NCBI GenBank assembly: GCA_025362815.1
Contig: JANYFG010000077.1
Location: 364 to 64,363, forward strand
DNA: 64,000 nucleotides
Source: Rhodospirillales bacterium
GTDB lineage: Bacteria > Pseudomonadota > Alphaproteobacteria > Acetobacterales > Acetobacteraceae
Direction: 5' to 3'
The first letter of the stretch is position 1. Each line of letters opens with the position of its first letter. Below the pieces are notes generated by a model. That model ran no database searches and was not told the DNA's origin. It saw only the letters and a program-made list of their open reading frames with translations. Both the position numbers and the translations under genes were made by a program. This document shows, piece by piece, positions 1-8,798 of the stretch.

Positions 1-505
1 AGCGGCCAGTGATTTCGGCGGTGGCGCCGCGGATGCCGCCGAGTTCGCTCTCGTCGTAGTCCATGACTTCAAAACGCCAGCCCTGGGCGGCGGCGTATTT
101 CTGATACAGCTGGAACAGCTCGGAGGCGAACAGGCCGGCTTCGTCGCCGCCGGCGGCGGGGCGGATTTCGAGCAGGCCGGAGCGGTCGTCGGCTTCGTCC
201 TTCGGCAGCAGAGCGATGCGAATGGCGTGCTGGAGGCTGGGGATGCGGTCTTTCAGCGACCGCAGTTCCTCCTCGGCCATGTCGTGCATGTCGGGGTCTT
301 CGAGCAGGACGGTGGCGTCGGCGGCGTCGCGCTCGGCGGCGCGGAGCTCGGCCACGCGTTCGACGATGGGTTCGAGCTCGCTGAGTTCGCGCGAGGTTTT
401 CTGGTAGGCATCGCCGGTGAGCTGACCTTCGCCGAGCAGCGCGCGCAGTTCCTCGGCGCGATCGGTGATGCGGTCGAGCTTGAGGGCGAGGTTGGTGCCG
501 CTCAT
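1..505 (-). CDS. prfA: Peptide chain release factor 1, N-terminal part (3' end lies outside the window)
   Basis: The minus-strand frame is open from the window edge to the ATG at 505..503. The translation [24 protein letters not shown]...[35 protein letters not shown] is typical of the RF1 N-terminal half. The ATG overlaps the hisS stop (ATGA). Confidence 0.9.
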   Translation of the reverse strand, partial: MSGTNLALKLDRITDRAEELRALLGEGQLTGDAYQKTSRELSELEPIVERVAELRAAERDAADATVLLEDPDMHDMAEEELRSLKDRIPSLQHAIRIALLPKDEADDRSGLLEIRPAAGGDEAGLFASELFQLYQKYAAAQGWRFEVMDYDESELGGIRGATAEITGR

Positions 506-1770
506 GTGAATTTATTTTTTAGAAATCCGTGAAGTTGTGACGCTGGGACTTTCGTCTGCGCGCCGTCCACGAGATCACGAACAATCACTTCCTGGTCAGC
601 GTCATGTGGATTAGGCGCTTCAATAAATATACCAAACCTCGCGCCGACTTTATTCGCACGTGCCAGTCTGCGCTTCAAATTTCCTGAGTAACCGATCTCT
701 GCCCGCAATCCATTTCTGCGAAGATCCTGCAACACTTCGATTGCTCGAGTATCTATTTCATCGATAAAAACGTTGCTGGGCATTGGTAGGATCACGATCG
801 ACTGGACCGGCTTCAAAATGTCATCACAAAGCATCGACAACCGCTCAATTCCTGCGGCCCACCCCACCGCCGGCGTCGGCGGCCCACCCATTTCCTCGAT
901 CAGCCCGTCATACCGCCCGCCGGCCATCACCGTGCCCTGCGCACCCAACGCCGACGTCACAAACTCGAACGCGGTATGGCTGTAATAATCCAGCCCCCTG
1001 ACAATCCGAGGATTCTCCCGATACGGCACGCCCATCCGCGAAAGATGACCCAGCAGCTTTGCATAGAACGAACCAGCCGCGTCGGTCAGATACGGCGCGA
1101 TCGTCGGCGCACCTGCCACCAACTTGCGGTCGCTCTCATCCTTGCTGTCGAGAATACGCATTGGATTGCGCTCCAGTCGCGACAGGCTCTCCACCGACAA
1201 CGCGTTCCGATGGTCGTTAAAGTAAGCCACGAGCGCCGCGCGATAAGCCACCCGGCTTTCGGCGTCGCCCAGCGTGTTCAGCTCCAATACGATCTCGCCG
1301 GAGATGCCGAGGGCCGTGAGGATGTCCCAGCCACACGAAATTACCTCGGCATCGGCCAAAGGCTCGGACGGGCCGATCAGCTCGCAGCCGATCTGGTGGA
1401 ACTGGCGGTAGCGGCCTTTTTGCGGGCGCTCGTAGCGGAACATCGGGCCGGCGTAGAACACCTTTTGGGGGAGGGATTGCGTGAGGCCGCCTGTGACGAG
1501 GGCGCGGCAGACCCCGGCGGTGCCTTCGGGGCGCAGGGTGAGGCTGTCGCCGCCGCGATCCTGGAAGGAATACATCTCCTTGGTGACGACGTCCGACGTG
1601 TCGCCCAGCGTGCGGGAGAAGACTCGTGTGTCTTCGAAAATCGGCGTGGCCCATTCGTCGAAGCCGTAGGTGGCGGCCACGCGGCGGGCGGTGTCGATGA
1701 CGTGGGCGTGGCGGCGGAAATCCTCGCCGATCAGGTCACGGGTGCCGCGGACAGGTTGGAGTTCAGACAC
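502..1770 (-). CDS. hisS: Histidine--tRNA ligase
   Basis: The ORF 502..1872 contains class II aaRS HisS motifs ([41 protein letters not shown]). I place the start at the GTG at 1770 ([12 protein letters not shown]), which has GAGG 6 nt upstream. The upstream ORF extension is Arg-rich and unlike HisS. Confidence 0.9.
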   Translation of the reverse strand: MSELQPVRGTRDLIGEDFRRHAHVIDTARRVAATYGFDEWATPIFEDTRVFSRTLGDTSDVVTKEMYSFQDRGGDSLTLRPEGTAGVCRALVTGGLTQSLPQKVFYAGPMFRYERPQKGRYRQFHQIGCELIGPSEPLADAEVISCGWDILTALGISGEIVLELNTLGDAESRVAYRAALVAYFNDHRNALSVESLSRLERNPMRILDSKDESDRKLVAGAPTIAPYLTDAAGSFYAKLLGHLSRMGVPYRENPRIVRGLDYYSHTAFEFVTSALGAQGTVMAGGRYDGLIEEMGGPPTPAVGWAAGIERLSMLCDDILKPVQSIVILPMPSNVFIDEIDTRAIEVLQDLRRNGLRAEIGYSGNLKRRLARANKVGARFGIFIEAPNPHDADQEVIVRDLVDGAQTKVPASQLHGFLKNKFT

Positions 1771-1943
1771 AAGGACCTCGAATTGCGCGAAAAGCCGGGC
1801 CCGTCTGATGCACCGATTTCGGTGCTGCGCCAAGCCTTGAGACAAAAACGCGTATGGGCCGGCCGGTTGCAAGCATCAGGGGCCCATGGCTAATGTTTCG
1901 GCAAGAGGCTCGATAGCCTCCTGCAACAAAAAGGAAACGCCGC

Positions 1944-3287
1944 ATGATCCGCTATCGCGCCTTGGCCGCTGCCGCCGTGGTTCTGGCCGGCCCGCTCTCC
2001 ACAGCACGGGCGGCATCGCCTCCCCAGCCCTGGATCTCCACCTGGGCCGCGCCTGCCGTGGCACGGACCGACCAGCCCGCCCAGACCCTCAGCAGCGCGG
2101 CGCAGGCCTTTGCGTGGTCGAAGGATGTGCCGGCCGCTGCCCGGGAAGCCATGCCCAGCCAGGAGCTGCCGGTCAGCGGGTCATCGCCGCTGCATTTCAA
2201 GAACCAGACGCTGCGCCAGATCGCGCATGTCTCCGCCGGCGGGGCGCGGGTTCGCGTGGTGCTCTCCAACAGCCTCGGCACGCTGCCGCTGGGCGTCGGC
2301 GCGGCCAGCGTGGCGCTGCGTGACAAGGGTTCGGCCATCAAGCCTGCGTCCAAGCACGCCTTGACCTTCGGCGGCCTTGCGGCCACCAGCATTCCCGCAG
2401 GCGCGATCCTGGTGAGCGACCCCGTCGATCTCGCTGTGGCCGACCACGCCGACCTCGTGGTGGATCTTTTCCTCCCCGACGACACAACCGGCTGGAAATC
2501 ACCCGTCACGCATCATCCCGCCTCCTGGCAGGTGAACTATGTCTCCACGCCCGGCAACCATGTGGGCGAGGCCAGCTTCCCGGTGGCCACGACCACCGCC
2601 TATCGGCGCGGCGACGGCCTTGCCTCCGCGTCGTCGTTCTTTCTCGGCCGGATCGAGGTGACCTCGAACACGCCCGTCTGGGTGGCGTTCGGCGATTCGA
2701 TCACCGACGGCACCCAGTCCGGCGTGGACGCCAACCGCCGCTGGCCGGACCTGCTGAGCGCGCGTCTCGCCACCGCCGGAACCCGTCTCAGCGTCGTCAA
2801 CGGCGCGATCGGCGGCGGGCGCGTGCTGCTCGACGGGGTTGGCCCCAACGCGCTTGCCCGTTTCGACCGCGACGTGCTGGCCCAGCCCGGCGTTCGCCTG
2901 GTGACCGTGCTCGAGGGGATCAACGATATCGGGAACGGCGGTGCCAACGCGTCGCCGAGTGTGGCCGACCTTATCGCCGGCCACCGTCAGATGATCGACC
3001 GGGCGCACGCGCATGGCATCCGCATCCTGGGCGCCACGCTGACGCCGTTCGAGGGCGCCGCGTATTACACGCCGGAAGGCGAGGTGAAACGCCAGGCTTT
3101 GAACGACTGGATCCGCAAGAGCGGCGCCTATGATGCCGTGATGGATTTCGACGCCGCCGTGCGCGATCCGGCCAAGCCGAGCCGGTCTCGCCCGGAATTC
3201 GATTCAGGCGATCATCTGCACCCGAGCCCCGCTGGCTACCAGGCGATCTCCGCCAGCGTCAATCTCGGGCTGTTCAAGACGAAGTAA
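1944..3287 (+). CDS. Secreted SGNH/GDSL-family hydrolase (lipase/esterase-like)
   Basis: AAGGAAA lies upstream of the ATG. There is an N-terminal signal peptide (AAAAVVLAGPLSTARA). The GDS block is VAFGDSITDG and the C-terminal block is GDHLHPSPAGY, both typical of SGNH hydrolases. Confidence 0.8.
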   Translation: MIRYRALAAAAVVLAGPLSTARAASPPQPWISTWAAPAVARTDQPAQTLSSAAQAFAWSKDVPAAAREAMPSQELPVSGSSPLHFKNQTLRQIAHVSAGGARVRVVLSNSLGTLPLGVGAASVALRDKGSAIKPASKHALTFGGLAATSIPAGAILVSDPVDLAVADHADLVVDLFLPDDTTGWKSPVTHHPASWQVNYVSTPGNHVGEASFPVATTTAYRRGDGLASASSFFLGRIEVTSNTPVWVAFGDSITDGTQSGVDANRRWPDLLSARLATAGTRLSVVNGAIGGGRVLLDGVGPNALARFDRDVLAQPGVRLVTVLEGINDIGNGGANASPSVADLIAGHRQMIDRAHAHGIRILGATLTPFEGAAYYTPEGEVKRQALNDWIRKSGAYDAVMDFDAAVRDPAKPSRSRPEFDSGDHLHPSPAGYQAISASVNLGLFKTK

Positions 3288-3299
3288 TCATGGACCACT

Positions 3300-3331
3300 C
3301 CAGGGCGCCCGCACCGAAGCGGGCGCCCTGG
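3300..3331. terminator. Perfect 13-bp stem hairpin between convergent genes (terminator-like)
   Basis: The sequence is CCAGGGCGCCCGC-accgaa-GCGGGCGCCCTGG. It lies between the GDSL hydrolase stop and the ispG stop. There is no clear U-run, so the mechanism is uncertain. Confidence 0.45.
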
Positions 3332-3346
3332 TGCCTTGGCCGGGTT

Positions 3347-4474
3347 TTACTCCGCGGCGAGCTTCGCCGCAGCCTTCTCCGCCTCGATCACGGCGACCTT
3401 CGCCTCAACCAGGCCCACGATGTGGTCGACCATGCCGACGCCGTCGACGACGTGGTCGGTTTTGCCGGCGGCATAGACCATGTGCTTGCCGTTGCCGCCG
3501 CCGGTCACGCCAAGATCCGTCATCAGCGCCTCACCCGGCCCGTTCACCACACAGCCGATGATCGACAGGGTCAGCGGCGTTTCGATATGCGCAAGACGAT
3601 CTTCCAGCGTCTGCACCGTCTCGATCACGTTATAGCCCTGCCGCGCGCAGGACGGGCAGGAGATGATCTTGATGCCGCGATGGCGGATGCCGAGGGATTT
3701 CAGGATGTCCCAGCCGACCAGGACCTCTTCCTCCGGCTCCGCGGACAGGGACACGCGCATGGTGTCGCCGATGCCGGCCCAGAGCAGGTTGCCGAGGCCG
3801 ATGGAGGATTTGACGGTGCCGGCGCGTTTGCTGCCCGCTTCGGTGATGCCGATATGCAGCGGGTGGTCGCAGACCTCGGCGAGCTGGGTGTAGGCGGCGA
3901 CCGCCATGAACACGTCTGACGCCTTCACCGAGATCTTGAACTCGTGGAAATCGTTATCCTGCAGGATGGCGGCGTGTTCGAGGGCCGATTCGACCAGTGC
4001 CTCGGGGTTCGGCTCGCCGTATTTCTCGAGCAGGTGGCGTTCCAGAGAGCCGGCGTTGACGCCGATGCGCATGGAGCAGTTGTGGTCACGCGCGGCCTTG
4101 ATGACCTCGCGCACGCGCTCGGGGCTGCCGATGTTGCCGGGGTTGATGCGCAGGCAGGCGGCGCCGGCCTGGGCGGCCTCGATGCCGCGTTTGTAGTGGA
4201 AATGGATGTCGGCCACGATCGGCACGTTCACGCCGGCGACGATGTATTTGAGCGCGGCGGTGCTTTCCTCGTCGGGGCAGGACACGCGCACGATGTCGAC
4301 GCCGGCTTTCTCGGCGCGCTTGATCTGGGCGATGGTGCCTTCGATGTCGGTGGTGAGCGTGTTCGTCATGGTCTGCACGGTGATAGGCGCGTCACCGCCC
4401 ACGGGCACGTTTCCCACCATGATCTGGCGGGATTTACGGCGCTCGATGTGCTGATACGGGCGATAGCTGCTCAT
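3347..4474 (-). CDS. ispG: 4-hydroxy-3-methylbut-2-en-1-yl diphosphate synthase
   Basis: The translation from [39 protein letters not shown] through CPSCARQ...[10 protein letters not shown] is canonical IspG/GcpE. The ATG at 4474 follows GGAG. The longer ORF extension (to 4756) runs through the upstream gene and a tandem repeat. Confidence 0.93.
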   Translation of the reverse strand: MSSYRPYQHIERRKSRQIMVGNVPVGGDAPITVQTMTNTLTTDIEGTIAQIKRAEKAGVDIVRVSCPDEESTAALKYIVAGVNVPIVADIHFHYKRGIEAAQAGAACLRINPGNIGSPERVREVIKAARDHNCSMRIGVNAGSLERHLLEKYGEPNPEALVESALEHAAILQDNDFHEFKISVKASDVFMAVAAYTQLAEVCDHPLHIGITEAGSKRAGTVKSSIGLGNLLWAGIGDTMRVSLSAEPEEEVLVGWDILKSLGIRHRGIKIISCPSCARQGYNVIETVQTLEDRLAHIETPLTLSIIGCVVNGPGEALMTDLGVTGGGNGKHMVYAAGKTDHVVDGVGMVDHIVGLVEAKVAVIEAEKAAAKLAAE

Positions 4475-4491
4475 GGCGTGCGGCTCCAAAG

Positions 4492-4539
4492 GGGCATTTG
4501 GCAGGGCATTTGGGTGGGCATTTGGGAGGGCGTTCGTTA
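4492..4539. repeat. 12-nt tandem repeat, 3 good copies plus 1 degenerate copy
   Basis: The units are GGGCATTTGGCA GGGCATTTGGGT GGGCATTTGGGA GGGCGTTCGTTA. The array fills the gap between the RodZ-like stop (TAA at 4539..4537) and the ispG ribosome-binding site. Confidence 0.85.
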
Positions 4540-5517
4540 TGGCAGCCTGGGGGCTGGCCTGGCGGGCGGGGTCTGGGAATTGGGGGACGCCGCGGCAAGC
4601 TTGCCGTCGCGCACCTGGTCGACATCGAGCGGCAGGTCGCGGCGCACCACGCCCTCGGCGCCGAGGGAGGCGGTGGCGATGCCGTCCACCAGAAGCTCCG
4701 TGCCGCCGGCGTTGCCCACGGTGAGCAGAAGGCCGGGCTTGTTGGGGATCGGCCAAGTTTCGCCCGCGCGCATGGTGCGGTTGAACACCACGGGGCCGGC
4801 CTTGTCGCGCACCTGGACCCAGGCTTCGGCCTTGGCGCGCACCACCATGCGGCCGCCGTCCTGGGCGGGCGGGGACGCCGGGGTTGCGGCGGCGGGGGGC
4901 GAGATGGTCAAAGGCGAGATGGTGGGCACCAGCAGCGGGGCGGGCGGCGGGGGTGGGACGACCACTGGGACAGACGCGGCCGTGGTGGGCGTGGCGGCCG
5001 GGCCGGGTGCTTTGGAAGAGGGGGGCGGCACCAGCGGCGCCAGGCGCTCGGGGATGGCCTGGACGACCTCCGCCGGCGGGGCGTTGGTGCCGGACAGGCG
5101 ATACCAGCCGGCATACGCGCCGGCGACGAGCACGAGGCCCACCAGCACCACGGCGCCGGCGGGCACGCCGCGCTCGGGCACCGGGGCGGGAAAGCTCAGT
5201 TCGGTCTTGCGGTTGACGTCCGCCGCCTCGGCCTTGAAGCGGCGGGAGATCTCGTCGGGGTCCAGGCCCACGGCGCCGGCATAGGTGCGCAGGAAGCCCA
5301 CGGCATAGGCGTTGCCGGGGAGGTCGCCCAGCCGGCCTTCCTCGATCGCTTCGAGATACGGCAGACGGATGCGCAGCTGGGCGGCGATGGAAGGCAGGGT
5401 CCAGCCGAGGCGCTCACGTGCCAGGCGCAGGTCTCCGCCCACACCGCCGGAGCGGCGCAGACCGTCCGTGAAGTCGGTGCCGGCCGCGTCGTCGGAGCCG
5501 GCCGCGGGTGACATCAT
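4537..5517 (-). CDS. RodZ-like helix-turn-helix membrane protein (HTH, TM, Pro-rich linker, DUF4115-like C-terminus)
   Basis: There is an N-terminal XRE-type HTH ([32 protein letters not shown]), one TM segment ([19 protein letters not shown]), a Pro/Ala-rich linker, and a C-terminal domain ([14 protein letters not shown]...LLTVGNAGG). The conserved position upstream of ispG fits. The start is uncertain (MMSP at 5517 or 5514). Confidence 0.75.
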   Translation of the reverse strand: MMSPAAGSDDAAGTDFTDGLRRSGGVGGDLRLARERLGWTLPSIAAQLRIRLPYLEAIEEGRLGDLPGNAYAVGFLRTYAGAVGLDPDEISRRFKAEAADVNRKTELSFPAPVPERGVPAGAVVLVGLVLVAGAYAGWYRLSGTNAPPAEVVQAIPERLAPLVPPPSSKAPGPAATPTTAASVPVVVPPPPPAPLLVPTISPLTISPPAAATPASPPAQDGGRMVVRAKAEAWVQVRDKAGPVVFNRTMRAGETWPIPNKPGLLLTVGNAGGTELLVDGIATASLGAEGVVRRDLPLDVDQVRDGKLAAASPNSQTPPARPAPRLP

Positions 5518-5751
5518 GCTCAGGCCTTCTGCCGGATGGGACAAGCGATCCTGCGACAACGCTGGAGGATCTTGTGGAAACAAGGTTTGAGCGGGGGCTT
5601 CGCACGCATGACCGCGTTCAGGCCCGCTTCGATGCCGGTTCTAACGCTCATGCCGGCAAATGCCAACCGCTGCCATGCGGGTCTGCCCCCTGGGATCCAG
5701 TATGCGCAATGCGGCACGCGGGCAGATCCGATCGATCGGCCGGATGGTGCT

Positions 5752-6342
5752 CTACACCACCAGGAGGCCCCGGCGCAGGCCGCGGGTGACGGCTTCGGCA
5801 CGGCTGCGCACGCCGAGTTTCGTGAAGACGGCCTCGAGATGGTATTTCACGGTGTGCGACGAGATGCCGAGCTTGCGGGCGATGGTTTTGTTGCTCATCC
5901 CCTCCCCCACCAGCGCCAGCACCTCCAGCTCACGCGGGGTGAGCAGCGGGCGCGAGCCGGGTTCCGGCGGGGCGAAACCAGCGCGGTCGGCCGGCGCCAC
6001 GGTGCCGGGGAGGCGCACGGTGAGACCTTCGGCCAGCGCCATGATGGCCGAGGCGATCTGGCTGCTGCGCGCCGACGAGGGCAGCACGCCTTGCAGCGAC
6101 ATGTCGGCGGCGATGCCGGGGTCGTCGGACAGGATGAGCAGGGCGCCGTCGAAGCTGATGGCGTCGGCGCTGGGGCGGGTGTTGGGGGGAAGGTGCAGGA
6201 CCATCACGTCTGCCTCGGCATCCACCTGGGCGAAATGCGGCAGGTCGCGTTCGAGCTGGCGCAGGCGCAGGGGGTCGGCCACGCGCAAGGTGATGGTGGG
6301 GCCGGCCTGGGTGGCTTCGGATGCGGCCATGAGCGCCATCAT
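5752..6342 (-). CDS. LuxR/FixJ-family transcriptional regulator with a degenerate (pseudo-)receiver domain
   Basis: The C-terminal HTH LTPRELEVLALVGEGMSNKTIARKLGISSHTVKYHLEAVFTKLGVRSRAEA is canonical LuxR-type. The N-terminal ~120 aa has a receiver-like pattern but lacks the phospho-acceptor Asp. The start ATG at 6342 overlaps the upstream gene's stop (ATGA). The 651-aa ORF in the track is an artefactual extension. Confidence 0.8.
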   Translation of the reverse strand: MMALMAASEATQAGPTITLRVADPLRLRQLERDLPHFAQVDAEADVMVLHLPPNTRPSADAISFDGALLILSDDPGIAADMSLQGVLPSSARSSQIASAIMALAEGLTVRLPGTVAPADRAGFAPPEPGSRPLLTPRELEVLALVGEGMSNKTIARKLGISSHTVKYHLEAVFTKLGVRSRAEAVTRGLRRGLLVV

Positions 6343-7271
6343 GCCGGCCTCGCCGTGATTTGGACATGGGTTTGAAGGGCGATGCCGTTGCGCAGAAGGT
6401 GCAACGCGAGTGTGCTGCCGATGGAGTCGGCCCCAAGCAGGGCGAACAGCGCGCGCGGGGTGGGAAGGCGGGTGGGGCCGGCAGCGATGAGGATATCGCC
6501 GGTCATGATGGTGCCGGCGGCCGGTGAGCGGTCGTCGATGCTCATGACCATGAGGCCGCTGGCGCCGGCGCAGGCCGGGTCGGTCGCGCCGGCCTCGCTG
6601 GGTTCGCCCGGGATGGCCACGGGCTGGACGCCGACGCCGAGCCAGCCGCGCGCCACCCGGCCGTGCGCCCGGAGCTGGGCCACCACGCGGGCGATGGTGG
6701 CGTGCGGGATGACGAGCACCTGGTTGCGCGGGCCGAAGGTGGACATGCCGATCAGCGCGCCCCGTGCGTCGAACACCGGGCCGCCTTCGGCTGCGTGGCC
6801 GAGATTGATGTCGAGCCGGATCAGCTGGTCGATCCGGCCGCCGCACTGGCTTTGCCAAGCCGGGCCGAGGGTTTCGACGACGCCGAGGCGCACGCGCGTG
6901 CTGCCGGTTCCGTCGCCGCCGAGGGCCAGGACGAGGGCGCCGAGCGGGAGGGATTCGGGGGGCGGCGGCAAGGGGGGGAACGCGGCCTCGATCCGAAGGG
7001 CGGCGATGTTGGTGGTGGCGTCGCGCCCGGCCTGAGTGGCGGGCACGCGCGCGCCGCCGGGCAAAACGACGGTGTAGGTCTCGCAGTCCGGCAGGCTCTG
7101 CTCGGAGGTGACGGCCAGACCTTCGCCCCACAGGATGGCGGAGACCTGCTGGTTGCTGCCCCATTCCACGGCGGCGAGCAGCGGCGCGCCCTGTCGAACG
7201 TGGTCGGCGGTGCAGTCGGAAAAGGCGGCGAGAGCGTCGGGCATGGCGGCAACCTTTGTGCGTGCGGCCAT
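6339..7271 (-). CDS. HtrA/DegP-like trypsin-fold plus PDZ protein lacking the catalytic triad (putative pseudoprotease)
   Basis: The S1C scaffold is recognisable (GALIGMST after the Ser block, and a PDZ-like GLMVMSIDDRSPAAGTIMTGDILIAAG). The His, Asp and Ser blocks read TSEQS, TNIAAL and AAEGGP. There is no signal peptide. Confidence 0.7.
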   Translation of the reverse strand: MAARTKVAAMPDALAAFSDCTADHVRQGAPLLAAVEWGSNQQVSAILWGEGLAVTSEQSLPDCETYTVVLPGGARVPATQAGRDATTNIAALRIEAAFPPLPPPPESLPLGALVLALGGDGTGSTRVRLGVVETLGPAWQSQCGGRIDQLIRLDINLGHAAEGGPVFDARGALIGMSTFGPRNQVLVIPHATIARVVAQLRAHGRVARGWLGVGVQPVAIPGEPSEAGATDPACAGASGLMVMSIDDRSPAAGTIMTGDILIAAGPTRLPTPRALFALLGADSIGSTLALHLLRNGIALQTHVQITARPA

Positions 7272-7370
7272 CCTGCCGCCCTTTCAATGTGGGGGCGCGG
7301 CGGGCGAATGGTATCGGGTGGATGACGGGGGCGGCTTCGGGTATCACGAACGCATGAACGCCGCGCCGCC

Positions 7371-8798
7371 ATGACATCGCTTCGGGCCAGACTGTTCGGC
7401 GTGTGGATGCTGTCGCTGGCGGCGTCCGTGGCGATGGGGGTGCTGCTGTTGCAGCTGTATCAGCTGTCCAACACGTCGCTGGTGCAGCGGGCGCAGGGGG
7501 AGCTGGACCGGGCGTGCGACCGGATCGCGGATCGCGCCGCGTATTATCTGGCGGGGTGGTCTGGGCCGCAGCCCGCGGCGGACGATGCGCTGTTTCAGCG
7601 CGACCTCGACCAGGCGGCGGCGTTGGCGCTGACGCAGAGCCCGTCTTTGACCGGGGGGATTTTGCGCAGCCCCGCCGACATCGTGCCCGCGACGCTGCCG
7701 AGCACAACCGCGCTCGCGGCGTTGCAGGCGGGCGATGGGACGAGCACCAGCCTCACGGCATCCGGCACGCGCACCGATATCGTGCTGGCGTGCCGGCTGC
7801 CCGGGCCGGTGGCGGATCTGGCGGGCTGGGTGGCGGTGGAGGTGGAGGCGGCGCCGGGGTATCGGGAGCTGCTGATCGGGATGGGGGTGCTGCTGGCGCT
7901 GATGCTGGGCCTGTCCGGCGGGCTGGCGTGGCTGGTGAGGTCGTGGGCGCGGCAGGTGCGGCGGATGGAGGCGGCGCTGGCGCAGCATGACGGCGACGGC
8001 CTTCCGCCGATCGCGCCCACCGGGGAGGTGGAGCTGGACCGGGTTGCAGCGGCCTTGAACAGCGCGCGGGCGCGCTTGCTGGCGGCGCAGGAGGAGGCCG
8101 CGCAGTCCGCCGCGCGGGCAGCCTCGGCCGAGCGGATGGCGGCTTTGGGCCGGGTGGCGGCGGGGGTGGCGCATGAGATCCGCAATCCGATCGCGGCGAT
8201 GCGGCTGCGGGCGGAAAGCGCGTTGGCGCTGGATGCAGAGGCGCAGCCGGACCGGGCCGCCATGCGGGGGCGGACGGCGTTGGAGACGATATTGACGCAG
8301 GTGGACCGGCTGGACCGGCTGTCCGGCGAGTTGCTGATCATGACGCAGCGGCGGGTGCCGGAACCGGTGGGCACGGTGCTTTCGGCGTTTTTGGAGGGGT
8401 TTCGGGCGGACTGGCCTCAGGCGGCGCTGGTGGTGTCGGCGCTGGTGGTGTCGGCGCCCGGCGGGGTGGGGGTGTTCGATGCCGGGATGATGCGGCGGGC
8501 GATCGACAACCTGATCCAGAACGCCGTGCGGCATGCGCCCGCGGGGTCGGACATCACGTTGTCGGCCTTGGTGTCGGGGGGCGTTCTGCGGTTCGAGGTG
8601 GGGGATGACGGGCCGGGGGTGGCGGCGGCGCTGCGGGACACGCTGTTCGAACCGTTCGTGACCAGCCGGGCGGATGGGACGGGGCTGGGGCTGGCGATCG
8701 CACGCGAGATGGTGCAGGCGCATGGCGGGCGGATCTTTCTGGCGGACGCCGCGCGGGGGGCGCGGTTCGTGATCGAACTGCCCCAGGATGCGCCATGA
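7371..8798 (+). CDS. Membrane sensor histidine kinase (two TM segments, periplasmic loop, HisKA, HATPase)
   Basis: The TM segments are LFGVWMLSLAASVAMGVLLLQLY and LLIGMGVLLALMLGLSGGLAWLV. The H-box is GVAHEIRNPIAAM, the N-box is IDNLIQNAVRHA, and the G-boxes are DDGPGV and GTGLGLAIA. Confidence 0.85.
   Translation: MTSLRARLFGVWMLSLAASVAMGVLLLQLYQLSNTSLVQRAQGELDRACDRIADRAAYYLAGWSGPQPAADDALFQRDLDQAAALALTQSPSLTGGILRSPADIVPATLPSTTALAALQAGDGTSTSLTASGTRTDIVLACRLPGPVADLAGWVAVEVEAAPGYRELLIGMGVLLALMLGLSGGLAWLVRSWARQVRRMEAALAQHDGDGLPPIAPTGEVELDRVAAALNSARARLLAAQEEAAQSAARAASAERMAALGRVAAGVAHEIRNPIAAMRLRAESALALDAEAQPDRAAMRGRTALETILTQVDRLDRLSGELLIMTQRRVPEPVGTVLSAFLEGFRADWPQAALVVSALVVSAPGGVGVFDAGMMRRAIDNLIQNAVRHAPAGSDITLSALVSGGVLRFEVGDDGPGVAAALRDTLFEPFVTSRADGTGLGLAIAREMVQAHGGRIFLADAARGARFVIELPQDAP

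Noticed and set aside
4492-4539. Short tandem repeats (4.5 kb, 43.9 kb) as CRISPR arrays
   Set aside because: The units are 8-12 nt and directly abutting with no spacers. No cas genes are present in the window.
5752-7707. 651-aa ORF on the minus strand
   Set aside because: Only the last 196 aa (the LuxR regulator) look like a real protein. The upstream part is Arg/Pro/Ala-rich low-complexity sequence that overlaps the better-supported HtrA-like gene in another frame. It is a high-GC read-through artefact.
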